Positions 8,299 through 24,479 are shown, counted from the stretch's first letter. The stretch: 64,000 bases of DNA from an uncultured delta proteobacterium (GCA_963787125.1 CAWBBV010000006.1:64001-128000); one strand, 5' to 3'. Translations and numbers: made by a program. Notes: generated by a model from the sequence alone, not told the origin.

Positions 8299-10148
8299 TG
8301 CCTGGAATGTCCGGTTTCTCTGCATGGACAATGTTGCTGGCAGGCGTGATTCTCATGTCCGGCTGCGCAACGCCGATCGGGGTCAACGTGATTTCCCCGC
8401 GGCAAGCATATCAGGACGCCTATGCCAACCCGTTGAATGCGGGAGTGCTCAGTGAGCAAGCCAGGTTCGTGCTCAACCGCTATGATCTGCTCCGGAAATT
8501 TGCCGATGACCCGGCGGCAACTATGGCGGTTCTCCATGAAAAGGCGCTCCATGACGATCGCGGCGACATCCTCTACACCCTTGCCGAGGGCGCCTACCTC
8601 TATGGCAGCAAACTGGCAAACAGCGGCCTGGTGGAGGAACAAAAGATTGCCCCGGACTATTTCCTTCTGGCGGCGCTCTATTCCTTCTATTTTGTCACCA
8701 GCGAACGCTCCAGTGAGAGCTTGAACGTATTTGACCATCGCGCCCGCGCCGCTATCGATATGTATAATTTCGGTCTGTGGCAGGCTTTCGAAACCGGTAA
8801 CAGCGAAGGCCTGGTCCTGCGGGCAGCTGAGCGTAAACTTCCCTTCGGCAGCATTGCCATCTCCCTTGACATGAGCCAGTTTCCCTGGAAAATGGAAGAT
8901 TTTGAGAAATTCCTGCCGGCGGACAGGTATGCGGTTCGCGGCGTATCCGTGCGCAACCGGACGGCTGGTGTCGGCCTGCCGCTGATCGCCATCAGGGAAA
9001 AAACCGGCCAGCCGTTGCCGGTGACCGCCGTTCTTAAAATCGAGGGCAATCTGGCAGACTTGAGCGCCGGTAAGGCTCGCGCTTCGCTGGTGTTTTTCTC
9101 GACCCAGGATACCGGCACCGTAAACGACGCGAAGGGCGTGGCAATACCGCTTGAAAGCGATCTTACCACGCCCCTGGCCTACCGGATGGAAGGCTCCAGT
9201 TTTTTTGACCTCAGTCTGGGAGCTTTTCTAGGGAGAGAGCCGAATAAAATTCCTGACGGCCTTTACCTGAAAGAGCCATACTACCCCGGAAAAATTCCGG
9301 TCGTCCTGGTTCATGGCACAGCCAGTAGTCCGGTCTGGTGGGTGGAACTGCTGAACACCCTCACGGCTGACAAAAAGATCCGGGAGAACTACCAGTTCTG
9401 GTACTTCGTCTACACGAGTAACAAGGCAGTCGCCATATCTGCCGCTGAACTGCGGGACGCTCTGAGCGCGAAAGTTGCGGCTCTTGATCCCCACGGGAAG
9501 GATCAGGCCCTGCGGCAGATGGTGGTGGCCGGCCACAGCCAGGGGGGACTACTGACCAAATTCAGTAGCGTTGATACCGGTGACAGCCTGGTGAAGGCGT
9601 TGACCGGCAAGGAGCTTGCGTTATTGGACATGCCAGAAAAAACCAAGGACAAGATCCGCCAACTCATGGTAGTCAAACCGCTCCCGTTTGTAAAAACTGT
9701 TATCTTCTTCAGTACCCCGCACCGGGGGAGCTTCCAGAGCAAAGAGTGGAACAGGAATCTGGTCAGATGGCTGATCACTCTGCCGGCAAACCTGGTAGAA
9801 AGCACCATCGATACCTTTGATTACATGACCGACGACGTCAAAAAACTGTTGGGCGGGAAAAAAACCATCTTTACCAGTGCTGACGGCATGTCGCCGGATA
9901 ACCCGGTGATCAGGGCTCTGGCAGAAATACCGCTGGCGCCGGGGGTGAAGGGTCATTCGATCATCGCCATTCAGAATGAGGGCGACCCGAAACTCGGCGA
10001 TGACGGCGTTGTCAAGTACACAAGTGCCCATCTGGACGGCATGGAGTCAGAATTCATCGTCAGAAGCGGCCACTCCAGCCAGTTGAACCCGCTGGCCATT
10101 GACGAAATGAGGCGGATTCTGGTGGATAATCTGGCTAAAAACCGCTGA
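8295..10148 (+). CDS. Alpha/beta-hydrolase (lipase/esterase-like) lipoprotein
   Basis: Lipobox MSGC; VLVHGTASS oxyanion region, GHSQGG nucleophile elbow, TPHRGS, DGVV, GHS; overlaps the DUF4105 gene (ATGA). Confidence 0.85.
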   Translation: MMPGMSGFSAWTMLLAGVILMSGCATPIGVNVISPRQAYQDAYANPLNAGVLSEQARFVLNRYDLLRKFADDPAATMAVLHEKALHDDRGDILYTLAEGAYLYGSKLANSGLVEEQKIAPDYFLLAALYSFYFVTSERSSESLNVFDHRARAAIDMYNFGLWQAFETGNSEGLVLRAAERKLPFGSIAISLDMSQFPWKMEDFEKFLPADRYAVRGVSVRNRTAGVGLPLIAIREKTGQPLPVTAVLKIEGNLADLSAGKARASLVFFSTQDTGTVNDAKGVAIPLESDLTTPLAYRMEGSSFFDLSLGAFLGREPNKIPDGLYLKEPYYPGKIPVVLVHGTASSPVWWVELLNTLTADKKIRENYQFWYFVYTSNKAVAISAAELRDALSAKVAALDPHGKDQALRQMVVAGHSQGGLLTKFSSVDTGDSLVKALTGKELALLDMPEKTKDKIRQLMVVKPLPFVKTVIFFSTPHRGSFQSKEWNRNLVRWLITLPANLVESTIDTFDYMTDDVKKLLGGKKTIFTSADGMSPDNPVIRALAEIPLAPGVKGHSIIAIQNEGDPKLGDDGVVKYTSAHLDGMESEFIVRSGHSSQLNPLAIDEMRRILVDNLAKNR

Positions 10149-10187
10149 GCGACCCTCGTGACCACGACTCTGGTCACACCGTAAGAG

Positions 10188-10247
10188 CCTGAAGCGTGTT
10201 CCGTCAACCCCATGGTCACCATTACCCTGAAATATTTAAGCGCAAAA
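10188..10247 (+). pseudogene. Relic of the 3' end of a vWA/OmpA-type gene
   Basis: 48/60 nt identical to 6919-6978; PEACSVNPMVTITLKYLSAK vs PEARSFNRTVTITLEYLSAE. Confidence 0.75.
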
Positions 10248-10317
10248 TTATGGGCGCTTATCGGTAGCAAAGAAATTAAACACAACCGTCGCAAGACACA
10301 ACCAAAGGGGGATAATT

Positions 10318-11019
10318 ATGAGAATTCACAGCAGAGCAACTACATTAATTTTAACCGCAGGAATCGCCCTGCTACTGGGCGGCTGCAGTGCCAGCCAGCA
10401 GTCACGGAGCATGGAGATCAAGGAAACATTGCTGGTCAACCCTGCCATCATGGAAAAAGGCACTGGCGACCAGAGCCTGTACCGCTACGCAAATCCTAAA
10501 GCAGATTTCAAGGGTTACAGTAGAATCATTATTGACCCGGTTATCATGAGCAAAGCGGCAGATATTGATGCCGAAGATCTGGCAAACTATCAGAAACTGG
10601 TTAACAACGCCTTTGTCCTCTTAAACGATGAGTTGAAAAAAAGTTACAACATTGTCCCTGAGGCTTTGCCTGGAACTATGCGTGTTCAGGTGGGGATCCT
10701 GGCTGCCGACTCCTCTAAACCGGTGCGAACAATTCTGTCAACCGTTATGCCGATAGGTTTAGGTATAAGCCTTGTCAAATATGGCGCCACCGGCAGGCCG
10801 ATGTCAGTCGGTGACATCACCGTTGAAATGAAGATTACCGATGCAACAACCGGTGAACTGCTGGCAGCAGCCATTGACCAACGTCACGGCGGAATAAACA
10901 TCAAAGGTGCATGGAATTCCTGGATGACCGCTGACGACGCCCTTGCTTACTGGGCCAAACAGTTAAGCTTTGTGCTCTGTCAGAAAAGAGGCGGCAGTAA
11001 CTGCGTAAAACCTGAATAG
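10318..11019 (+). CDS. DUF3313 family lipoprotein
   Basis: Lipobox LGGC; YSRIIIDPV and EMKITDATTGELLAAAIDQR motifs. Confidence 0.82.
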   Translation: MRIHSRATTLILTAGIALLLGGCSASQQSRSMEIKETLLVNPAIMEKGTGDQSLYRYANPKADFKGYSRIIIDPVIMSKAADIDAEDLANYQKLVNNAFVLLNDELKKSYNIVPEALPGTMRVQVGILAADSSKPVRTILSTVMPIGLGISLVKYGATGRPMSVGDITVEMKITDATTGELLAAAIDQRHGGINIKGAWNSWMTADDALAYWAKQLSFVLCQKRGGSNCVKPE

Positions 11020-11036
11020 CAATCTGTCACAGTGTA

Positions 11037-11080
11037 TAAAAAACGACCGGTTTCTCAGGTGAGAGGCCGGTCGTTTTTTA
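11037..11080. terminator. Bidirectional Rho-independent terminator
   Basis: taaaaaacgaccgg-tttctcaggtgagagg-ccggtcgtttttta between convergent genes. Confidence 0.88.
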
Positions 11081-11206
11081 TGTTTCGATATTTGGTATGG
11101 TTTTATTGTCCCCTCTGCCCCGGTTCATTTGAGCAAACTCTTCATCAAATAACGCAAGGCTGGTTATCCGGTAACACTCTTGCCTGATCACCCGGGAATA
11201 CCTGGT

Positions 11207-12681
11207 TTACCCTGCCTGCATCTCGAAGAAATAGCATTCCCATGGTTTAAGATCGACGTACAAGCCTGCGTCCCGCATGTCATCACCACTACGGCTAAAA
11301 GTTTCACCAGTCAATTTGTCTTCAAGGCGCCACATCCTCTCCTTAAGCTCACCCCAAGGCAGTCTGATAAGTGCCTGAGAGTCAGCAGTCGAAAAATTGA
11401 CAACAATGAGACAACGCTGTTCGGCCAAATTCCAGCACCAGGCGAGTACATTTTGGCAGCTCTGGTTGTCATCCCAGCCGAATTTTTCACAGAGAAGCCA
11501 CTGGCCATTACGGAAGAGATCCCGCCCGGTGTGCTGAAGCAGTCGCAGATAGAAGCCGGTGAGGTCTTGATCGGCTGGCTCTGCCGGACGACGACCGAGA
11601 AAAACAGGCAGCTTCACTTTCCTCCCCTCAAACTGACCCTCATGGAGCAGCTTTGCCCCTGGGAGAGTGAGAATCATCACAGCAGCAGCGCGCCCTTTCG
11701 GGTCCAAAAACGAAGCAGCAGCCCTGGGTTCGTCATGGTTCTCGATGAACCGGACCATCTTGCCTTGATAAGCGGCATCAGCGAGAAGATGCTGCCGTAC
11801 CCCCTCAGCCGGCCCGTGTTCCATCCGGTCATACAGTTTCTTGTCATAGCAGTAATCAAAACCCTGTTGCTGGAGCTCCCACTCCAGTTCCCAGTAGACT
11901 TCGGCAATGAACCTGAATTCCCCGTAGTTCATCTTGATCGCCGCAATCAACCCTTGCCAGTAATCTTCGACCGGTTTGACGCCAATACGCTCTCCCCAGG
12001 TACTCTCGAAGATATCGTTCAGCATCAGCATGGCCATGTCGCAGCGGATACCGTCACATTGGGCGGCAATTCCGGACAACGTCTCAGTGATCGCCTGGCG
12101 CAGTTCAAGATTAAAGGAGTTGAGTTGCAGCACATCCGGCCAGGCAGGAAAAAAAGGGTCGCGGCCGCAGGCAAACACCTTTCCCTCCACTGCCATGAAG
12201 GCTGCCGGATTATTGACCAGATCATCTGGGTTACCCTGAATAAAATATTCGGGATGCTCACTGACCCACGGGTGGTCCGGCGCAACGTGGTTAGGGACAA
12301 AATCGAGAATAATTCGGATGCCGCAACCAGCAAGGGCTTTCCGGGCTGCTGCCAGTCCCTCTGCCCCACCGAGATGTGCGTCAACAACGTAGCGCCGCAC
12401 ACAGTAGGGCGACCCAACATTGTCAGCTGCCGCAAAATCAGGGAGAACTCCCAGGAAATTTTGAAAAAGGCCTGCATTGCACATGGAAATGGCAATACCG
12501 GTCGGACTTCGTTCCCAAACCCCCATGAACCAGACGGCATCAAAGTTTTGGGCGGCAAGAGCATCCCAATCCTCCTGGGGCACCGAGGCAAGATTCACCG
12601 GCCTTTGGTATTTCCGGCTCAGTTCATCCAGCCAGACCCAGGTGTTGATTTCGTAAATGACGGGATGTTTCGGCCAGGCTT

Positions 12682-12685
<4 letters not shown>
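11207..12685 (-). CDS. GH13 alpha-amylase family glycosidase
   Basis: Real start MKAWPKHPVIYEINT at 12685; DFVPNH, GIRCDMAM (nucleophile), IAEVYW (acid/base), FIENHDE; the longer ORF call to 13579 results from upstream frameshifts. Confidence 0.9.
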
Positions 12686-15456
<2,771 letters not shown>

Positions 15457-15516
15457 GGGATGCGCTCCTTTTCGGGTCTGTTAAAATGAACGGCCAAAAC
15501 CACGTCAATCAGGAAA

Positions 15517-18309
<2,793 letters not shown>

Positions 18310-18435
18310 ATGGCACCTCTTTCTTACATAATTGTAATAATTATAAAGATGAAATGGCCAAGTGCAACTGTCGGCATGATTAATTATCGCGTGGCGTTGA
18401 CAGCACTCTTCTACTAAAAATAAGGTGAAACAACT

Positions 18436-18470
18436 AAAAACCGGCGTTGCAAAGATCTGCTACGCCGGTT
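18436..18470 (-). terminator. Rho-independent terminator after glucokinase
   Basis: Minus strand aaccggcgt-agcagatctttgca-acgccggtt followed by a T-run. Confidence 0.65.
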
Positions 18471-18532
18471 CAAAAGCCGTCAGCACCTGACGGTAGCAAC
18501 TACGCCGTGCCTAAGTATTTTCGGAACGATGG

Positions 18533-19525
18533 TCACCGGATTTCCGTTCCCGCGCGAGTTGCACAGCGGGCAGCACCGAGCAGGGCAGTCCTGTCATTGA
18601 GGATAACACGCACCGGGACATCCTCCAGGAGTGGGCTGAGGCGCCCCTTGGCGGTAAAGGCGAGCATGAAGCCGGGCCCTTTCAACCGTTCGATGATCTT
18701 CGGTGCAATGCCACCACCGAGGTAGATGCCACCGGTGGCCAGCGCACGGAGCGCCACATTACCGGCCTCGGCGCCGTACAGAGAGACAAATAGATCGAGG
18801 GTCTGCTCGCAGAGCGGACATTCACCGGCCAGGGCGGCCCGGGTTATGGCGGCAGACTGGTCCCCCGACCGCATCGCTGCGGCAACCGCAGGTGTTTCCG
18901 GGAGATGACGGCCATCGCGCAGGAAACGGTAGATATTGCGCAGGCCAGGGCCGGATACGATCCGCTCGGTACTAACCCGGCCATGTTCAGCGCGCAGAAA
19001 GAGCATCAATTCCGCTTCCAGTGCGTTGCGGGGAGCAAAGTCGGCATGCCCGCCCTCGCTACGCAGGGGACGGTGGGCGCTGCCATCCCAGTAAGCCAGG
19101 GCTTCACCAAGTCCGGTGCCTGCCGAAATCACCGCTATAGTGCCGGTGGGATCGGGGGTTCCCCGGTTAAGAAACAGCAGGTCATCCGGTCCAAGCAAGT
19201 CGATGCCATAGGCATTAGCTTCCAGATCGTTCAGCAGCTGCACCGTCGCAAGTTTCAGTATCCGGGCCAACTCGGCAGCATCCACACTCCAGGGAAGATT
19301 AGGCGTTCTTACCCGCCCCTGTTGAACAGGCCCGGCGATGCCGAAGCACGCCCGTTCCGCTACCAGTCCCTGCTCCTTGACAAAGCAGCCGACAACATCC
19401 TCCAGACTTGCCGCCTCCCGACTTGGAAAGGTCTTTTCTGCCAGGGACGTCAAGGTGTCACCAGTTACATCAAAATAGGCCAGTCGCGTGGAAGTTCCAC
19501 CGATATCACCTGCAAGAACCAGCAT
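18533..19525 (-). CDS. glk: Glucokinase
   Basis: LAGDIGGT, GIAGPV, LNDLEA, AGTGLG, SEGGH, ERIVSGPG, GGIYLGGGI. Confidence 0.93.
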   Translation of the reverse strand: MLVLAGDIGGTSTRLAYFDVTGDTLTSLAEKTFPSREAASLEDVVGCFVKEQGLVAERACFGIAGPVQQGRVRTPNLPWSVDAAELARILKLATVQLLNDLEANAYGIDLLGPDDLLFLNRGTPDPTGTIAVISAGTGLGEALAYWDGSAHRPLRSEGGHADFAPRNALEAELMLFLRAEHGRVSTERIVSGPGLRNIYRFLRDGRHLPETPAVAAAMRSGDQSAAITRAALAGECPLCEQTLDLFVSLYGAEAGNVALRALATGGIYLGGGIAPKIIERLKGPGFMLAFTAKGRLSPLLEDVPVRVILNDRTALLGAARCATRAGTEIR

Positions 19526-19578
19526 CAGCCCCCCCTCTCAGCAAGAATAAACATTCAACCTTGACCAGTGCATACATT

Positions 19579-20667
19579 TTATTCGCCGGCAATGACTTCC
19601 TTTTGGCCGTTTCCCCCGGAGGTTACCCACTCTTTCACCAATGTATAGGTAACTGCCAGCATTACCGGTCCGATAAAGAGACCAATCAAACCGAATGAAA
19701 TAAGCCCGCCGATAACACCGGCAAAGATGAGCAAGAGCGGAAGATCAGCTCCCTTCTTGATCAGAAAAGGCCGAATGACATTATCTATCGTACAGACAAT
19801 GAGCGTACAGACAGCCATGAACACCCCCCAGCTTGTCTGCCCCTGCATAAAAAGCCAGATCGTCGCCGGAACAAGAATAAGGGCGGGGCCAACCTGGGCC
19901 ACACAAAGCAGCAGCATCAACGCAGTAAGGACAGCTGCTGCCGGAATACCTGCGACGATCAGCCCGATACCGCCAAGAAAAGACTGAATCATGGCAGTGC
20001 CAACTATGCCAATCGCGACGCCTCTGACCGCCTTGGCAGCAAGGATGGCAGCATCTTCACCCTGCGGACCGGCAAGACGCCGGAAAAAAAGCTTTACCCC
20101 GTTGGCAGCAGTTTCACCGTGTACATACAGAACCGCTGAGAGAATGACCGTCAGAAAGCAGTGTAAGAGCATCATGCCGATACTCCCTGCCTGAATAAGG
20201 AACCAGCCGACTACTTTCTGAGTATAAGGGGATAACCTCTCCGACAGTTCTGCCGAGGAAAGGATGGCCAGTTCCTGCCATTTAGCCGAGGCTTTGACAC
20301 CGTAGGCCGGTATCTTCTCCAGCCAGGCAGGTGGAGCCGGTATTTTGAAAGCCGCCAATGCAGTTCTGTCGGCAATAATTTCCTGGGCTTTTTCGATAAC
20401 CGTGGTTATGGCAAAGGTAAGCGGCACAATCAGGATGGCAAGCAGCAGCAGAGTCATCACCAAAACTGCCAACCCTCTCTTTCCACCCAGCCTGGCCTGG
20501 ATAGACAGCATCAGCGGCCACGTAGCAATGACTATCATTGTCGCCCAGATGATCGCCGAGAGAAAAGGCTGCATGATCCAGAGACAGGCAGCAATGAGTA
20601 AGGCAATAAAAAGAACAGCGAGAGTTATCCTGGTTACATCCTGCGAAAACGGCCCCTTGCTCATCAC
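19579..20667 (-). CDS. AI-2E family transporter (YdiK-like)
   Basis: Polytopic membrane protein; IDNVIRPFLIKKGADLPLLLIFAGVIGG...GLFIGPV. Confidence 0.88.
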   Translation of the reverse strand: MMSKGPFSQDVTRITLAVLFIALLIAACLWIMQPFLSAIIWATMIVIATWPLMLSIQARLGGKRGLAVLVMTLLLLAILIVPLTFAITTVIEKAQEIIADRTALAAFKIPAPPAWLEKIPAYGVKASAKWQELAILSSAELSERLSPYTQKVVGWFLIQAGSIGMMLLHCFLTVILSAVLYVHGETAANGVKLFFRRLAGPQGEDAAILAAKAVRGVAIGIVGTAMIQSFLGGIGLIVAGIPAAAVLTALMLLLCVAQVGPALILVPATIWLFMQGQTSWGVFMAVCTLIVCTIDNVIRPFLIKKGADLPLLLIFAGVIGGLISFGLIGLFIGPVMLAVTYTLVKEWVTSGGNGQKEVIAGE

Positions 20668-20673
20668 TCCCCC

Positions 20674-21297
20674 TTAAAAAATTGATTTCGCTCTGATATC
20701 CTTCATCAGAATTTTTGTAAAATCAGCAATGGCAGAATCAATGGAATCGGTATCTTCAGTCTCTGTTGCCCCGGTCCAGACCAGTTTACTTTCTATAGCG
20801 TCATAGATGTTGGACTCAGCACGATATATTTTTTCGACATAATTGTAGGCTGGCATACTGACAATACTGACGCTGTTTGAGTAGTACCCGCCGTAACTGC
20901 CATTGTATGCGGATCCTCCATAGACATCTGTTCTTGCCGGAACGTGCACAGTCTCCTGTTTTACATCCAGAAGACGTATGACCAGAATCGAGTCGCAGCC
21001 GATAGAGGGGAGCTTTCCTTTGACTGAATCAGGAGCAAGAGATCCGATATCCGGAAATACGGTATAACTGGGCACAGCGTCGATGCCGATCTTTTTGAAA
21101 CTCTCGGCAAACCCATCTTCAAGCTTCTTGCGGATAAGTGGCGTTGGTACAATTGAGACAATCAAAGGCTTTTTCAGAGAATAGCTCCTGGCTTTGCTGT
21201 CATGCCACGAAGTGAGAAGAGTTGTTGTAGAGCAACCGGAAAAAACTGTTACAGCGATGGATATTAGCAATATTTTCAAAAAAAACTGAGTCTTCAT
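20674..21297 (-). CDS. Hypothetical lipoprotein (DUF4136-like)
   Basis: Lipobox FSGC; Tyr/Gly-rich loop; ESNIYD...LVWTG. Confidence 0.6.
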   Translation of the reverse strand: MKTQFFLKILLISIAVTVFSGCSTTTLLTSWHDSKARSYSLKKPLIVSIVPTPLIRKKLEDGFAESFKKIGIDAVPSYTVFPDIGSLAPDSVKGKLPSIGCDSILVIRLLDVKQETVHVPARTDVYGGSAYNGSYGGYYSNSVSIVSMPAYNYVEKIYRAESNIYDAIESKLVWTGATETEDTDSIDSAIADFTKILMKDIRAKSIF

Positions 21298-21321
21298 AAA
21301 AGCTCCTTTTGTCCTGACGCG

Positions 21322-21927
21322 TTATGGTTTATTCGCCTGTTCAACCTTCTCAACCGAGAGCGCCAAAGCCTGAGTATAGGTAATGTCGATTTGGTCACCA
21401 ACCTTTACCAGTCCACTTTTCAGTTTATTGAGACTGGAAAGATTTCTGACAGCAACATCCTCGACATTCCCGTCCGGCCCTTTCAGACTGACAGTTCTGA
21501 AATCTTTGGCAATTGCCATTATGGTAGCAGTAGTTGTAACCTGACGATGGCTTTGACCGGCAGGTTTGATCTTTTCCGGGTCAGGGGTCAGCGACGCCTC
21601 AACCGTAACTCCGGGCTTGATCTTCGTTTTTCTGAGTTTGACGGTTACCGCCTCACTATAGGTCATATTGACTACATCGCCCGGCTGAATTTTATCAAAC
21701 CGCTTGACCCGCTCATCAATCACGAAAGTTTTAAGGGCGCCGTTGGGCATGGCAAGAGTGAGTTTACGCTTCTCAAGATCGATATTCCGCACTACTGCAG
21801 TCCCTTCCACTTTTGTCTCCGCTACGATAGTCCCCTTTCTCTTGCTGCTGTCAGCATCGGCAGCGTAAAGTGAGACGGCAGCTACCATGATCGCTACCAC
21901 GAATATTCCCGATAATATCCTTTTCAT
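21322..21927 (-). CDS. Hypothetical exported protein with two internally repeated beta modules
   Basis: Signal peptide; repeated 'AVVRNIDLEKRKLTL..PNG..GDVVNMTYSEA' / 'ATIMAIAKDFRTVSLKGPDG..GDQIDITYTQA'. Confidence 0.7.
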   Translation of the reverse strand: MKRILSGIFVVAIMVAAVSLYAADADSSKRKGTIVAETKVEGTAVVRNIDLEKRKLTLAMPNGALKTFVIDERVKRFDKIQPGDVVNMTYSEAVTVKLRKTKIKPGVTVEASLTPDPEKIKPAGQSHRQVTTTATIMAIAKDFRTVSLKGPDGNVEDVAVRNLSSLNKLKSGLVKVGDQIDITYTQALALSVEKVEQANKP

Positions 21928-22043
21928 AAATACCCCCGAATGTTGTATAACAGCATCATTTCATCAATTAACGGCAGCGCCGGTTTTCTTAAAAAAGATA
22001 TATCAGTAATTTCTTACACATTCAACAAGTGGGGGTATAAAAA

Positions 22044-24398
22044 ATGCGTTTACCACTCATAACATCAATTTTATTGACCATTTTAATTTCAGCCTGTGCC
22101 ACTAAACCGTTGCCTCCCGTTGCCATAAAAATTCCGACCCGGCAGATTGCTTATCTTCAGGAGGTTAAACCACTGCTTGAGAAACGCTGCACGGTTTGCC
22201 ACTCATGTTATAACTCACCCTGCCAGCTCAAACTCGACTCATTTGAAGGGATAGACCGGGGAGCGACCAAAAGGGCAATTTACAATTCATCACGACTTCA
22301 GTCGATGGAGCCGACCCGGCTCTTTACCGATGCCCAGACCACCGAGGAGTGGCGTAAAAAGCAGTTTTTCAGCGTTACTGCCAGCACGGCACCTGAAGGC
22401 TTTAACGATTCACTGATGATCCAGCTCCTTGCCCACAAGATCAAAAACCCGAAAAGCACGGGCGGCTACAGACCGGACGCCGATGACCTGACCTGCGCCG
22501 AAACCAAGAGCGAACTGGCGGAGTACCTGGAAAAACATCCGAACAATGGCATGCCGTACGGCTTCCCGCCCCTCAAACAGGATGAATTCGACCTGGTATC
22601 CGGCTGGCTCTACCAGGGAGCCAAAGGGCCCTCCCCTGCCGAGCAGCTGGCGCTGGAAACACCGAAAGCAGCAGATGCCAACGCAGTTATCAAGTGGGAG
22701 GCTTTTTTCAATCAACAGGACCCGAAACATGCCATGACCGCCCGCTACATCTACGAACACCTCTTTCTCGCGCATATAAAATTCGGCACAACCACCAATG
22801 AATTCTACGAGATCGTCCGCTCGAAAACACCACCGGGAAAGACGCTGGAACTTATTCCTACTGTCCGCCCATACGACGATCCCGGGGTAGCGCCGGTGTA
22901 CTACCGGTTTCGCAAGGTTCATTCGACCATCGTCCAAAAGACGCATATGGTCTATGACATGAATGATGCCAGAATGCAGCGCTACGAAGAGCTGTTCATC
23001 AAGCCGGAATGGTTGCAACCACCGCATCTTATCAGTTACGATCCGAAGCTGAGCGCCAATCCGTTCAAGGCATTCGAGCAGATTCCGGCCCGCTCCCGCT
23101 ACCAGTTCATGCTCGACAGTTCCGAGTACACCATCATGACGTTCATTCACGGACCGGTCTGCAAGGGTCAAATCGCCCTCAATGTTATTGACGATCAATT
23201 CTGGATTATGTTCATCGACCCTGATCACGACCTGGCAGTGAAATTCCCCGGATTACTGAAACTGCAGAGTGACCGACTGGCCATGCCGACTGAACGCGGC
23301 AGTGATCTGCGACTCTTCTCGGCGCTCACCGACGAGCATAAGAAATTGGCCATCGCATATTACAACTCCCGGCAGGACCAGTACCAGGCGCTCAACTACT
23401 CCGGTCTGGGCTATGATGCCATCTGGAAGGGGAACAACCCTGCTGATGCGCCGCTACTGACCATCTACCGCCATTTTGACAGCGCCTCCGTCCATAAAGG
23501 GGCGCTCGGCAACTTGCCGAAAACGCTCTGGGTAATTGACTACCCGCTACTGGAGCGGCTTTACTATGCACTGGTCGCCGGCTTCGACATTTACGGCAGT
23601 GCCGGTCACCAGTTGACAGCACGCCTCTACATGGACAGATTGAGGATTGAAGGTGAGAGTTACTTCCTCGATTTCATGCCGCCGGATAAGCGACAGGAAA
23701 TAATGCAGTCGTGGTATCTGAAGACTGACATGAGCAAGATTAATTTTAACCCTTCGGAGATGCCTGCCGGGATCAAATTCACCACCACCGACCCCAAACG
23801 GGAATTTGTCGAAAACCTGATAGAAACTCATTTGCTGAAAGCTACGGGCATAAAGCTGGATTCCTACAACTACCTGAAGGCCGGAGAAACCTACCCGCCC
23901 TTGCCGACCAGGTATGAAACCAACAAGGATTACCTCAACGGCTTCAGGGCGGTGTCTCGCCCCGGCACCCCCTTTGTGGCGCTGGTGAACGGCACTAACT
24001 CCAACCTGGCCTATCTGCGGGTACGGGCCAAAGATGGCAAGGACTTCGTAATAACCTCGGTGGTAAACCGCTGGCACGACAATGTGGCATTCCTGCTGGG
24101 AGAGGAGGATCGGTGGAATCCGGCCAAGGACAACGTGGAATTCGTCAAAGGGATGATCGGCTCATATCCGAATTTTTTCTTTGATATTAACCAGGATGAT
24201 CTTCCCGACTTTTTCGATCTGTTTGCTCATTATGACGGAAGTCCGCAACATCTCAAACGGCTCTCCAAGTATGGCATTAACCGCTCTGATGACCGTTTCT
24301 GGGAAACTTATGACTGGTTTCAGAAAAGATTCATGGAAGATGAACCTGTCCGGGGCGGGCTTCTCGACCTGAACAGGTACTATTATTTTGCCGAATAG
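22044..24398 (+). CDS. cti: Fatty acid cis/trans isomerase (c-type heme lipoprotein)
   Basis: Lipobox ISAC; CTVCHSCYNSPCQLKL heme motif; ARYIYEHLFLAH, GPVCKGQIAL, RHFDSASV, GSYPNFFF, LLDLNRY. Confidence 0.92.
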   Translation: MRLPLITSILLTILISACATKPLPPVAIKIPTRQIAYLQEVKPLLEKRCTVCHSCYNSPCQLKLDSFEGIDRGATKRAIYNSSRLQSMEPTRLFTDAQTTEEWRKKQFFSVTASTAPEGFNDSLMIQLLAHKIKNPKSTGGYRPDADDLTCAETKSELAEYLEKHPNNGMPYGFPPLKQDEFDLVSGWLYQGAKGPSPAEQLALETPKAADANAVIKWEAFFNQQDPKHAMTARYIYEHLFLAHIKFGTTTNEFYEIVRSKTPPGKTLELIPTVRPYDDPGVAPVYYRFRKVHSTIVQKTHMVYDMNDARMQRYEELFIKPEWLQPPHLISYDPKLSANPFKAFEQIPARSRYQFMLDSSEYTIMTFIHGPVCKGQIALNVIDDQFWIMFIDPDHDLAVKFPGLLKLQSDRLAMPTERGSDLRLFSALTDEHKKLAIAYYNSRQDQYQALNYSGLGYDAIWKGNNPADAPLLTIYRHFDSASVHKGALGNLPKTLWVIDYPLLERLYYALVAGFDIYGSAGHQLTARLYMDRLRIEGESYFLDFMPPDKRQEIMQSWYLKTDMSKINFNPSEMPAGIKFTTTDPKREFVENLIETHLLKATGIKLDSYNYLKAGETYPPLPTRYETNKDYLNGFRAVSRPGTPFVALVNGTNSNLAYLRVRAKDGKDFVITSVVNRWHDNVAFLLGEEDRWNPAKDNVEFVKGMIGSYPNFFFDINQDDLPDFFDLFAHYDGSPQHLKRLSKYGINRSDDRFWETYDWFQKRFMEDEPVRGGLLDLNRYYYFAE

Positions 24399-24479
24399 CA
24401 TTGTCAGGTTTGGTAATGTCCGGAGAAATAGGTGCCTCGTTGGCAGGCTTGCGACTGCGGCTATTAAAACTAAACCGCT

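Noticed and set aside
6919..10247. DGR-like template/variable repeat pair (6919-6978 vs 10188-10247)
   Set aside because: Mismatches are not adenine-specific, many are synonymous, and there is no reverse transcriptase in the window
18420..18532. Riboswitch in the hairpin-rich glk-MGH1 intergenic region
   Set aside because: No recognisable aptamer consensus; the stems are explained by a terminator
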